The translations under genes and the position numbers were made by a program. 64,000 bases of DNA, from positions 4,565,909-4,629,908 of the forward strand of contig CM074804.1 in NCBI GenBank assembly GCA_037447605.1. Direction: 5' to 3'. Positions 46,767-62,377 of the stretch are shown here, piece by piece. Source of the DNA: Zygnema circumcarinatum SAG 698-1b (lineage: Eukaryota; Plantae; Zygnematophyceae). The notes below the pieces were generated by a model that made no database searches, was not told where the DNA came from, and was given only the letters and a program-made list of their open reading frames with translations. Position 1 is the first letter of the stretch; every line of letters starts with the position of its first letter.

Positions 46767-49700
46767 ATGGCTCAAGAAGAGAATTTTGCTGGGAAAAAGG
46801 AATTCGTGGAAGGTTGCACCATCGTGCACAGGTTCCTCGATTCAGGGGGAGTCTCCCTGCACTACGTGGAGTGCGGCCCTGAAGAAGGACAGCTGGTGAG
46901 CGTTGTCGTTTTTCAAAATCATTAGAAAACAATTCTTTTTCTTTCGCTTTCGAATGCACTTGACGATATCACTTTTAAATATACTCTTAAATATCACAAA
47001 CGCGTGAGACTTCCAGAGAAGTTTATAAGATGGCTCTTGCAGGCTTTCAGCTGCAAAGGGGAGATTTTACAATGAAAGCTGCCAACTTTAATGCAATGTT
47101 GCACCTTTTAGCTACAATTTTTTGAAGAACGTAAACTGGAATAGCTTTATTATTCTGATCAAGCTTACCTCTGCCTTCTTTCTTCACGCTTCTTCGTCAC
47201 CTTGGTCTCAGCCCTGCAATTCGCGATTTTTTTTTTTCCTGACTGAATCTTGTTCCATCAAAGAAGGAACCTCCGCTTAAGATTTGGAAAGCTCTGTTTC
47301 ACACAGGTTCTCCTCCTTCATGGGTTTCCGTCGTTCTGGTATACCTGGAAGCATCAATTGGCACCATTGAGCAGGTGAGCTAGAATCGAAGGAATAGATG
47401 AACACTTCTAGGATAATTCAGTGAAAGAGTATGGTCATTTGTCGTCCATGCTCTCCGTTCGTCAATTTGCATACTCGCATTTATTGAAGTAAAATTTACG
47501 CTTTTGTTCCAAAAATGTTTCGGTATCAAGGTGGCACTGCTTATGCAATCTAAGGATTTGCAATTTTTTTGGATATTCCTCATGTTAAAAGGAAGGAGAT
47601 GTATCAGCAAAAATGTATTTATGAAGGATATGGAGTTATCTTCGTAGTGAAAGCGGTAACTGTGTCTGGAAAAGAAGTGAACTGACAGTTTGGCTATATT
47701 CCTGACTTCGAGCATTCAAGTTTCTTCCAGGGCCGGGTTCCATGTGGTGGCACCTGACCTTCGAGGTTACAACCTCTCAGAGAAGCCCGTGGGTCTCCAA
47801 AACTACAGCAGAGCAGCGTTAACAGCAGATGTGGTTGCCTTCATTGATCAGCTGAATGGAGGAAGACCTGCGTTTGTGGTTGGCCACTGATCCTCTCCCC
47901 CTCTCTCTCTCCCTCCTTTTCCCTCTCTCTTGCTCGCTCTTGCTCTCACTCTCGCTCTCCTCTGGAAAAGTTTTGAGACTCTTTGAACGGAAAGTTGTTC
48001 CTATATCTGGCTTCTCTGCTGAGTGGGTTTGTAAGTGATATCTGCTGCAGGTAGGCCATGACTGGGGAGGTAATATCGCATGGGCTTCAGCTCAAGACTA
48101 TCCCGAAAAGATTGCCCGGCTCGCTCAATTGAACATACCTCATCCGCGCGCATTCTGGAAAGCAATCCACACAAGTCCCGCTCAGATGCGACGCAGTTGG
48201 TACATTTGTATGTCTCTGCCTGCCATCTTTCAACGGTGGACTGGGAGATTATGTGTCTTTACTTGCTATGCAGACTTACAGAAGCTGCAAAGCCAACGCG
48301 TGCATTTACTCACACTTGCTGCAAATTGTGAGCATGATCTCTAGGATACAGAGACTCTTCAGCAGAATAAAATGTCAGTAGTGATACCTTGAGCAGTGAT
48401 AGGGATTCCAGCTGCTAATAAAATTATGGGTTGGCGATGGCTGACAGTTTTGTTCCAATTGCCGGCTTTGGGGGAGACATACCTGCGAGCCAGAAAGTGA
48501 GTTCAAGTTTTTTTCCAGGGCTGAATGGGTTTCGAACTTAGCAACGGTAACTGGTCATATCTCATTTTGCTTTTCTCCAGTCAAGCGTTTCTATGAACTG
48601 TCATTGTGTGACGGTTCGTTGGTTGTATAGGATAACGATTTGTTATTGGCGATAAGTGTTGTTGTAATGATAAGTTCGCTGGCCGGGTGCGCTGTTCCTT
48701 CAAAAGTGTGCTTCACAATTCTAGCTGAAAGGTTGTTTGGAATCTGTCATCTTGATTTCCACGCAGCTTTGAAAGTCTTCGCCGCATTGTTGCTGAAGAA
48801 CTGAGTCGGCCTCAACCGAAGGAGCATGCTGAAAGGTTAAACAGCCTTATCCCGGGAAATACCGATTGTTAGGACTTGGATTTTGCACATAGGAAAGTGC
48901 TCCGGGCACAATACAGCGTGCTACTTTCTGAGATTCCTCAACCCTCTAAAGTCAATGCTAGATTCTACAATCTTGCTTATTATAATGTGCTGGTATTGAG
49001 GTCAGCCCGCCCGATGTCCGTTCCAGTCATCAACTTTCGATTGTTACTGAATGCCCGGGGGACTCGGCTGTCGAGCTTGCAGACATGTTGAAGCATTCCT
49101 CAGAGACGGTGCACTTACTAGCAGTATTGACTATTATCGGGCCCTCTTTCAAGGCCATTGGAACAAGCCTGAGCATTCCAAGGATGTGGTGAGGTTTCTT
49201 ATTGGTCAATTAAAGAGCTCTTGTTAAATGAGAACCTTCACAGTTTGTCGATGGTGTCAGGTCACAGACGGTCACAGAAGATTATAGAATTAGTAGCCGC
49301 TGATGGACTATGGCGTCTTATGTCTTATGACTTGTCTTATGTCTCGATGTCGTGGTGGTGGAGCCAAGTTGGCTGCCCAGCACCACACATTTATCAGAGA
49401 GGAACAGGACCATAGCGAGCCAAGCAATCCCTTCGCATGCATTGTTGTTAATTTGTACACCACATGCATATAGTCGAATTTATCATTTGCGCTTCCCTCC
49501 GTCCTCCTCCCCTTACCTCCCTCCCTTCCGTCCCGTCCTTCTCCTTCTCTTTGCACTCCTTGTACTTTGTTTGACCAAAGAATTTTCGTTTGACCAGGCT
49601 ACCAATTATCAATGTCCTTGCACAGAGTCACTGACTTATTTGTTTTGTCGCCATAATGAACTGCGGGACTCGTTGCAGATTAACATACCGGTAACGGTCA

Positions 49701-50140
49701 TATGGGGAGACAACGATATTGCATTCATCCCTTCGTTGAGTGACCCTCCGCGTGAATATGTTCCCAATTGCAACGTCATCCACGTGCCAAGGGTGAGTCT
49801 CACACCTACACCTTCCGCGCTTAGAAAACCTCGTTCTGTCGTTCATCTTATCTGTCAGCACGGACCAACCAGGCGATATCTCTCCAAACAATTATTCAAT
49901 TTCACAGAAAGGAAATCAGTAATTGTTGAGAGTCGACCACCACTCCGACTCTATTTGTTTTGAAGGGGTTTCAATACAGACTAGCGGCCTCTTGTTTGGC
50001 TGGAGTCTCATTTACCAAATGATTCGTACATGCAGGCAACACATTGGGTGATGTGGGATGAACCTGAACTTGTAAATAGCGAACTTGTGGAGTTTTTTAC
50101 TGGCAACCACATTCAAGGAGAGGGTGTCTCAAAGCTCTGA
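46767..50140 (+). CDS. Alpha/beta-hydrolase, epoxide hydrolase (EPHX3/4- or bacterial EphA-like), C-terminal PTS1 SKL
   Basis: VSLHYVECG; [11 protein letters not shown]; [15 protein letters not shown]; VGHDWGG nucleophile; RRSWYIFLFQLP; IDYYRA; VIWGDND; HWVMWDEP...GVSKL*. Confidence 0.92.
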
Positions 50141-51293
50141 TTTTAGAGCTTGAGAGTGTGATTTTCGGCCTCACAGTGATCGGGAAGCCCTGAATGTAAA
50201 CGAGCTTATCCCACGTGGAGGGTGCCACAGTTCCCTCGCGCAGATCACATTGTACTTTACCATTTTCCAATGCTTCTTTCACAGGTTACCCATATACTGA
50301 TGCTTTACATGACATGTACATTCCTCCTCCCTTCCCCTCCGTTATGGGAGAAGATACTGTGAGAAAGCAGATGGCTCAGACGGCACAGACATTTTCTAAA
50401 AGTATGATGGAGGTGAATAAGTTGAGAGAATGGGCCCCGATTTCAAGTTTTAACTTTTTAAATTTGCTGATTTTTTTCTTGAAGTCTACAGCACCGTAGG
50501 AACGGCTGAAAGTTGGGAAGCCTTTCGAAGCTTGGCTAGAGTATTCCACTTGAAGAAAGTTGGGGGCAGCATGCGCTTCTTGAGGTTTTGCTGTATGCCA
50601 TGCGGACGCTACCTGGCGTAATCCTATCCGCGGTAGCAAGCCCCAAAGTGCACCCTTTCGACATCATCCGTGTTCAACAGCCTGCGAATGGTTGAGCGTT
50701 CTGGAAGTTGGAAAACCAACATCAGCCTTGGTTTTCAAACTGCGGCAATCAACCAACTTGGAAACAGATCTAAACGTGACAATGAGTCCTCAGTTGATTT
50801 AGGTCGAAGGAAAACAGAACGATAGCTTGGCTCTTTAAACCGAGAGCGAAAATGTAAACAGCAAAGGTTGATAGATCAAACTTGAAGATCATCAAGTTTC
50901 CTTCCCGCGTGTGCATAATCAAGCTAGGGTTCCACAAAGCTGCTAAAAAGAACTACTCTTATTGGTATATCTCCTCGGCATCTTTTACTGTCAAACACGA
51001 ACTCCTCTCATATTACTTCAGTCTTGAAGAGCTGGGAGCTCTTACGCGGAGCTTGTCAGCTGGCAGCGGTCTTGAAATAATCTGCTGTGATGTACAACTT
51101 CAGTGAACAACTCCAACAGCAATCTCCAAGAACAGGAGCAGCCAAACTGGAAACTTGATGTACATGCCCAAAGATAGGGTCTTCCAAACATCTTAACTTG
51201 AAAAGCTTTACAAAAACAAACTTTTTCGTAAAAGGCACCTGCTATTAGGTCAATGTCGCTTCGATCATGTTTTGATGTATACGACCGCATCGT

Positions 51294-52498
51294 CTATTCG
51301 TCTTCCCGCTCCGGTGGTAGACCGCATGGTAGAAGCATTTTCTGGTCGTCAAGAAAAAGTTCACCAATCACTGATGCATTCATATCACCTCAACTCGATA
51401 CTCCTGCAAACTTATCCTTGTGAGAGATAAGAGCAGGCCTGTTTGCTGCTACAAAGCAGTCAAGGGGCCTGAAACTCCTGGAAGAGGTGGACCTGGAGGA
51501 ACTTTCCCAAGGGTTACATAAGGCGCAGCCGAAGGTTCAAGCCTCGCATGGTGTTAACAATGAAAGCGGAGGCCTCAAGCTACGTATGGTCACAAAACAG
51601 AAATAAGAACGCTACCTGCATGAAGGTGTACTGCTCACGACCGATCGACTCATTCTCTGCCAGTGCGAAATACGCAAGCAAGGGATAATGGCCCACATAG
51701 GAGGCATAGCTGTCGCGCTGAATATTTACGGCCCACTCACTGCATACACGAAGCAAATGTTTGTGGGTGAATGCTGCAAAAAAAGTGATGAGTTATGGAG
51801 AATAGATTTATATCATGAATGGAATCGATTTGAAGTCCCAATACCCCAGGCTCACCGAGGTGGAGACTAAATGATAAGGCATGCTATATGGGAAGCCTTA
51901 AGCCTTCATGAGAACCATGACAGAGTCTTCGGTAAATATCATGCAGTATCTGAATGTCCCAGAAACGGACAGGCAATTTGGTGTTCTAAAGTACTACTGT
52001 TGAGTGGTACATGTTTCGACTCGTTATTGAAAGGAAACTTGAATAACTACCATGATATGAAAACAGAAGTAGACGAAGCGATTTTTTACGTTTCATCATT
52101 CAAAGTGTCCAAGTAGACACCCTGACACAAGCCTCGGTTTTTTTGCGTCTCAATTGGAAAGGAAAGATAATGCACCAATTTTGCAGAAAAGGTCCAAATA
52201 CGAGTGAGATACTCACAATCTATTCATGTCAGCATGACCCGTTCCCACATACTTCGCTTGTAAATGCTCAAGTTGGCTGTTGATGTTAAACCGGTCACTT
52301 GCCTGTCGAATTAAATACACGAAAAAAGAAAATATTACGCAAGGGAAGCGGCAGGTCCGCGTCTGCACACTCCTTTGGAACGGACATGAAAACTGCAAAG
52401 CTGCTTGATCCAAAAACGAAACTAAAGCATAATTTGCAGAATTTGTGCACCAAAACCCTCTCGCCTTCACCACCTACGAAAGGCGCTCTGACCTGCAT
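51294..52498 (-). CDS. SF3B5: Splicing factor 3B subunit 5; exons 52498-52493, 52302-52217, 51739-51616, 51341-51294 (87 aa)
   Basis: MQ|ASDRFNINSQLEHLQAKYVGTGHADMNRF|EWAVNIQRDSYASYVGHYPLLAYFALAENESIGREQYTFMQ|KMLLPCGLPPEREDE*. All junctions are GT-AG and in frame. Confidence 0.97.
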
Positions 52499-52964
52499 GG
52501 TGGCAGTAGAGAGGGTGCTTCCGGGGGTTCTCCTGCAGCGCTTTTGCGAGTCGAAGGAGATGCGCGGAGGAGAAGAACGCTGCAGTTGGCGGAACTGCGA
52601 AAGTGAAGACTCGCTTTCAGGTTTTCCGCTAACGTTCGGAGAGGAACGGACGGACGGACGGACCGCCACCACCGACAGATTCAAATTCATTCTTCAGCAT
52701 GACAGATTTGGTGAGTTTTGCGCAATGTTCTGTGGTTCCATTTCCTTGCAAGAGTGACATCTTTCCTACCTTTCAAGTATTCGGGTGCCAGTGAATTTCT
52801 TTTCAAGAAGAAGGGGGGTCCATCGTACAGGCCCCTTGAAGTAAAATGGCTGCTGTACTTCGATACAATCCTTAAATCTTCGGCAGTGGAAACCTAGATT
52901 GGAGCATTTTTTGATGACAATGGTTGCTGAAAAAATGTTTGTTCTCCCAGTTGACGAGCAACCT

Positions 52965-55110
52965 TACCGGTACAAACGATAAGTTCTTAAACGATTACTC
53001 GAAATTGAAACCAGAAATTTAACACTGAAAGTTTTCAGAACACTCCAGAATTAAAGGAATGGGTTGAAAAGATATTTTCTTTTTCTTCCATGAGAAGCTT
53101 AATCCCTTATGTCGTTTTAGAGCATTTCGGTCTTCCTCCTCCTTCCCCCTTTCGATCGTCTCTTCCTCTGATGCTTCTTTTGATGTAATCTCTTATTTTG
53201 TCGTTAGGTTTAGAGATCCATTTATTCCCACGACACTCGTATCTCATTGCAATGGCAGGAAAGATAGTCCTGATGTACGGTGCTTCTATGCGGTTGGGAT
53301 TGTGGGTGTTGGAGGAGCACAGAGCATGGATCACAACATTCCGAAAGGTGATTTCTCTTTCCTCAATTTGTCCTTAAGTCGATTCTTTTTGAGTGATTGG
53401 CAAAATATGGGACTTCTCATAAGCTTTCGAAATGCTCCATATGAGAAGGCTCCGAGAAATGTAACCGTGGGCCTCTCACTGGTGGATAGCACACGGCTCC
53501 TTAAAGCAGGCCTTCTCACAGAGGATGAAGTTGTGAAGGCCTGCATTCTTGGATGGTGTATTGAATGGGTGAATGGCTCACTGCTACAAGAAAATGTTAA
53601 TGTTTTCCTCATGTTGGATATAAGTTCTTGTTGTCACCAGTTAGGATTGACATAGTACCCTTCCAATTGCGCATTAGAAGTCAAAAGGATCGTCGTGCAT
53701 TTGACCCTCAATACTTCTATCGCAGTGGTGGGCATGGCTGCAGCTCGACGGCTATTTCTGGGTCATGGATGACATCATGGACCATTCAATTTGTCCCAAA
53801 AATTGTGAGGTCCATTCATTTTTTTTTGACTCGCCGGGGGAAGCCGTGCTGGTAACGGGTGCCAAAGGTAACGTCAAAATGCATGCACAAAGGAAAGACA
53901 ATTGAGAATTGTTGCCATGTTACTTGAGCTGCATCATATCGAGAGTTTCTCATCACCAAACGCACCTTTCTTGATTCAGGCCTGCGTTCGTATGTACTAT
54001 TATCTGATCTGAATTGGTTGTTGACGTTCTATGGGATGAAATGGGCTTGGGATCTCTACTTGCAGGTACACGAACGTCATGCAGTATAAGACTGCTTACT
54101 ATTCTTAGTGCTTGCCTGTAGGTCGGCCTCGTTGATTGGCACGAACTACCAACAAAAGCTTTCTGAGCCTGCCTTCTTTAGTTGTTGAAAGTAGCATCTA
54201 TATTGCCTCTTCCATGATAGATTCAATAAACCGTTATGTAGCTGCGGCATAGGAACCCGGGCTTGTTATGAATCAGTGGAAGAATATCTTTATGCGATTA
54301 CTGTCATATCTGAGGTCGAACATGCATCACCAAAATGTATATTGAGACGAAAGGGCGTTGAGCAGTGCATTGTATTGCAAGGTCGTGTGGGGCGCAGGTG
54401 GGAACCGATATTAAGGACACAACGTGCTCGTGGCTCATAGGGCAGGCCCTGCAACACGCTTCCAATGAGCAACGGGGGCTTTTGAAGATGCGACAACCTC
54501 GCCGTCTGCACGAGGATAAGAGAATAGGAATGTGCGAGGAACTTCAGCGTGAGTGCGGGCATTCAGCTTGTTGGTGTTCGGTGAACGAAGGTTCTACTCA
54601 TTTCGCCACGGTGAGGCTCTCATGGCTCTTGTACTTTCATTAGTGATAGCTACTTGTTATATGAAGTGATGAAGTGCTAACCTTATTTTCTCGAACGGAT
54701 CTTGAGCCTGCAGGTCAATTATGGAATGGCAGATCCGGGGTGTGTTGCACTACTGAAGCGGCTCTGTCTGCCCTTGCGCTAGTGAAGTTCAACGCATTTG
54801 TTAGCCTCCCAATGTCTCGCCATATATCCACAAAGCATAGATACAGTAATCCTTCCCATCCACGGTTGTAGCTCCTTTCCTCGTCTGCTGTTACATGTTG
54901 ATTCGTTACTCGTCCTGTTGCCCGTTTAGCCCCTTTTCGCTCCGGTTCCGTTCCGTCACATTGCACTCTCCCCCGTATTCTACAAGTGTTCAATTCCTAG
55001 CCTTCTGTTTGCCCCAGTTGTTTCGCATAGACAAGGCGTGTGACGATCTAGTGTACCATACACCATCGCACCTGTGACAGACACTGACCTCCTGCTAATT
55101 TGGTCAATTT
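52965..55110 (+). pseudogene. Unprocessed farnesyl diphosphate synthase pseudogene
   Basis: Remnants [31 protein letters not shown]...[53 protein letters not shown]. Lesions: 37-bp insertion (53792-53828), TAA at 53853, further stops, and apparent GT-to-AT donors. Confidence 0.85.
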
Positions 55111-56279
55111 GCGAGTGCGAAATATCTCTCTACGGATGGCGCCCAACTACTAGTCTGTAGTGGGCACAAGTTACGAACCCTAAAGTTTTATCAGAAAGGG
55201 AGCGGGGATGCACTTGGAGGTGGGTGCAGAAATAAAGGTACTTTGAATCCTGAGATTCAGGTTGATGCTGTGTCACCCTCTTATCGGCACGAGCCGGGGG
55301 GGGATGTGGGCTTACTGTTGAAGCGGCTTGTCGTGCTGTTAGTGCGGTAGAAGGCGTTTCAGGAGAACAAGAAGGAAGGCTGCGCGCAGGTGGAGGAAGC
55401 CATTCCAAAGCCATTCCTCGGCTGGACAGTCTTTACTAGGCGAGTGCACCCACACCGTGTTCTAAGTCCCTTCCATTAGGCACGAGATTGGTTTGGAGAC
55501 GCTGTTACTACCTATTTCACGAGAAACATGTAATGATTTCGAAATCTGACAGGAAGAGTGGTTAAATCTGAAACACCTGAACGAGGAGCTTGTCATTTTT
55601 CCCTCCAGTTTTTTCGCAAACTGGAGCAGTTGGAAAGAGACAGGTCCGGACCTCGTGACTCATTCTATTTCACCACACAGAAAACTAGGCAGCAGCATGC
55701 AGAGAGCTGCGCCCACCACGCAGACTTTCTTGTGGTTTCTGGGAAAAGTGGGGGGACATCAAAATGTGCTTTCAGGAAATTTGCAGCCATATTGCTTTTG
55801 TAGGCAGATATCATCCGTTTTTCCTTAAATTACAGTTCAATACAGTTAGAATGGTTTTCCTTAGGAAGAATCTATTTTTTAGGAGGTAAGGTTACCGTCT
55901 GCGTACCATCACTATATTTTCTCAGCAGAGCATCCTTCCCAAAGTATGTTTCTCAAAAGCAAAAGTTGGGAGGACATCATTGGAAACAACATTCACAGTG
56001 CTTCAACCGAAAGGGGTACCAACTTTTTTGTCTATATAAGACTAGAATGTTTCAAGCTCAATCTGCAATACTAGACCTTCGTAAACTGGTGTCGTCATAA
56101 TCATCACTAGGAACGTCCTTCGTCCAAATTCCACGACTTGTCATCCACTGACTGGTATAAAAGTACAAGAACAAGAAATCACCGTACAACCGAAAATGAG
56201 GAAAGCACTAACCGGTGAAAAGAAGGCGTCCTCTTCTGAATCACCCGGCTTGTTATTGGCTCAACTAAGCTCCGCACCG

Positions 56280-59455
<3,176 letters not shown>

Positions 59456-60131
59456 CCAGGCCTCCCTCCCTCAAAGAAGGCCAGCCTTCCAGCTCGATAT
59501 CGCCGCCCTCCCTCCAAGAAAGCGACGTCGCATCTCGGCCGGCCGGCAGCCAGCCGGCAGCCGGCTGGCGTGACGGGCGTCACGCGGCGCGCTGGTCCAT
59601 GGGCGAGCGCTTCGACATCACAAATTTGATTTCAAACTTTCGCCGACATTTCTCCATGGAGCGACTGGCAGATCCTGCACGCGACTGTGCTGCGCTGTCT
59701 GCCTTCCACACATCGCGCAAGCCTAGCGGAGGGTTGGGACTGACAACAATGTAGATTTATTTGAGAAATGGGAGTGAGTGCACGATATGGTTCAATGTGC
59801 ACAGCTTGCATACATGCATACATCCCATGTAAGTTCCCATCTTAGTACATGTTGCATGACACGTACTCAACGATTCTGAGCTTGGTATGAAAGATGCACG
59901 CCCATACACCCGCTTCTGGAGCCAATCGAGCCGTCAACAACAGGAACACCACCACTGACATGGCTCCTTTTCCTGCCTCAAACTTGTTGTCGCGTTACAC
60001 GACAGGCAGGCAGGCAGGCAGTGGCTGCGCTCGTGCAACTGACTGCTCGGCCTCTGCCGCAACGCCCTTGCACCTCCGAGGGAAGGTCCACCAGCCGCTG
60101 GAAAGGAAGAAGCGCAAAGTTAGTCGTCGCG

Positions 60132-61892
60132 ATGGAGCTTTTGGAGGAGTGGATGTCGAAGCTGGAGAGTCTGACAGGCATGTCGTCTGTACTGGTGGTT
60201 TCTATTTTTGCGCTAATTGCCGGTACACTCTTCCTCATTCTTGTAGCGGCAAGACCTCGCCGAAGGTTGATGCCTCCACCGGTGATGCCTTCAAAAGCGA
60301 AACCACAGCCCCTTCAGCTTGGAGATATCACCCCTGAAGAACTCGCTCTTTACGACGGCACGGATGAAAGCAAGCCCCTCTTAATGGTGAGTTTTTCTCG
60401 CAGGAGCAATGTAGGCGATGCCAGAGTATGGTCTTGAAGAGGCTCCTTCGCAGGGGATTAACTCGGAGAAATTTCACTTAGGCATCGACCTGAGTTAGCT
60501 GATATCTTGACTGCTGTTAGTTGGGGTTATTTATCTGTGTTTTTATTCTTTGTAACAACTTCAATTTACACTGAAGCGTCCGTTTTGGGCAACTATTCTT
60601 TGTACTGCATGTTGTTGTAGGCCAAACGTTTATTAGGACCTGCAGTCTTCTAAAATTACGCTACAGTGCTGCGACGAGCTCTGAGCCACATTTTCTTTGC
60701 TTCGATGCATACGAGCTTTTTTCGATGTGCATGTTCCGGATTTTGACAAACCTCAGAAGTGCTCGGAATCAGTTGTAACTGTCTATAGCCCCCCAAGTAG
60801 CGGGGCTTTATCTCCTGAATATGGTGCCCGAGCCATTTCCTTACAGGATGCATTTTCATTTAAGTGCGTAATCCTGTGTGCATGATGGTTGAACTGTTGT
60901 TCAAGGATCCACTTTCTTGCTACTCTTTGCTAAGGCTGTATAGCTCAAGAGGGTTTCCATGCGAAAATCAAGTCCACCATGCTGAAACTAGTTGGTACAC
61001 TCTCAAATCGTCCTGAAATGCTATGCTCTCCTCATTTCTCTTTTTGTTTCTGCCTTATATGTTTTGTGAGCCGTTCTCAAATGACTTCTCTCCAAGCCCC
61101 TGAATAACCAGCATGCCTGCCAACTCTTGACTGGGTGCTGGTTGGTGTCGTTTGACACAGGCCATCAAGGGCGTGGTCTATGATGTATCACGGGGCAGGT
61201 ACGTTACCTCCATTCTGTTCATTCATTCCATTCCATTGTTCAAGTTTTGTCCTTCTTCCGCATCCTCAAGAGTCAATTGAAGCGTTATTCTGCCTATTTG
61301 CAGTGCTAAACATGATTCTAGCATATGACAGCCTCCCGTATGAACATTGCATTTAGAAGGGCTAAATGAACAATTCATGTTTGACGTGTTCCCTCTCAAC
61401 AGACGTACAAATTTATGAAGCACTCCGTTCTTATAGCAGTCACCAGCAGCATTCACCAGGGTCCAGTAAAGGAGATTCTGTCATTATGCCTTTCCTTTCT
61501 TTTAAACAGGGAATGGTTAGAATCATGAGCCAACAGATTGATTCGTCTGGCTACTTCATCCATCTTTCGAAGGTCTATCATCTGACTTTTTGGAAATTCA
61601 GTTTGTGTGCCTTTGCAACGAAGATGGCTAACCTTATACACGATCGTTATTGTTGAACTGTGACGCCAGCGATTTCTATGGACCAGGAGGTCCATACGAG
61701 GCGTTTGCCGGCAAGGATGCAAGTCGAGCGCTTGCCAAGATGTCATTTGAAGATAAAGATATTGAAAACAACAGCTTGGAGGACCTTACGGCCTCCGAAA
61801 TTGACACTTTGAATGATTGGGAGATGAGATTTAAGTTCAAATATGACGTGGTTGGCAAGGTTGTTGAAAGCTCAGACAAAATTCCAAGCTGA
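60132..61892 (+). CDS. MSBP: Membrane steroid-binding protein (MAPR, cytochrome b5-like heme/steroid domain); exons 60132-60386, 61161-61198, 61670-61892
   Basis: N-terminal TM helix; LALYDGTDESKPLLM|AIKGVVYDVSRG|SDFYGPGGPYEAFAGKDASRALAKMS...LNDWEMRFKFKYDVVG. Confidence 0.93.
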
Positions 61893-62377
61893 GATGGGAA
61901 GAGGATCGGAGGTTTCTGGGGGAAACCTTGAAGATTAGTAAAATCAGTCGAAAGTGTAAAAATAGCGGGGGGCGTTGTGAAGTGGGCAAACAGATGTTCG
62001 TGCCTCAGGGCTGCTTTAACAGGCTCGGCATTTGAGTTCAGAAACATCCAGCGAGTGCTTGAAAATCGATGAAAATGGTATTTGTGTATGGAAAGAACTG
62101 TATGCGCGTTGATAATAGACACTTCATGATAAAATATATGTAAACATACTTTGGCCTTCACTGACAGCAATAGCAGACTCGCAGCAAATGACGGTCTCGG
62201 TGCTCTCTCTCGTCCCGTCTACACCTCCTGCTACCCACCTTATCTGTGTTCAAGACTTCAAGACTTTCTTGAGCAAAGTGAATACTCCAAAATAATCTGA
62301 CTGTCTGACCTCAACTGGAATACAGTGACTCTAAGAGTGGAAACCATCATCTCCCGTGTCACTCAACCTCACCGTCG

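Noticed and set aside
52493-52498. 6-nt first coding exon of SF3B5
   Set aside because: It is the coding end of an ordinary 5'-UTR exon and is not unusual.
55744-55980. ~20-bp direct repeat AAAAGT(T)GGG(A/G)GGACATCA about 217 bp apart
   Set aside because: Two imperfect copies with no other structure.
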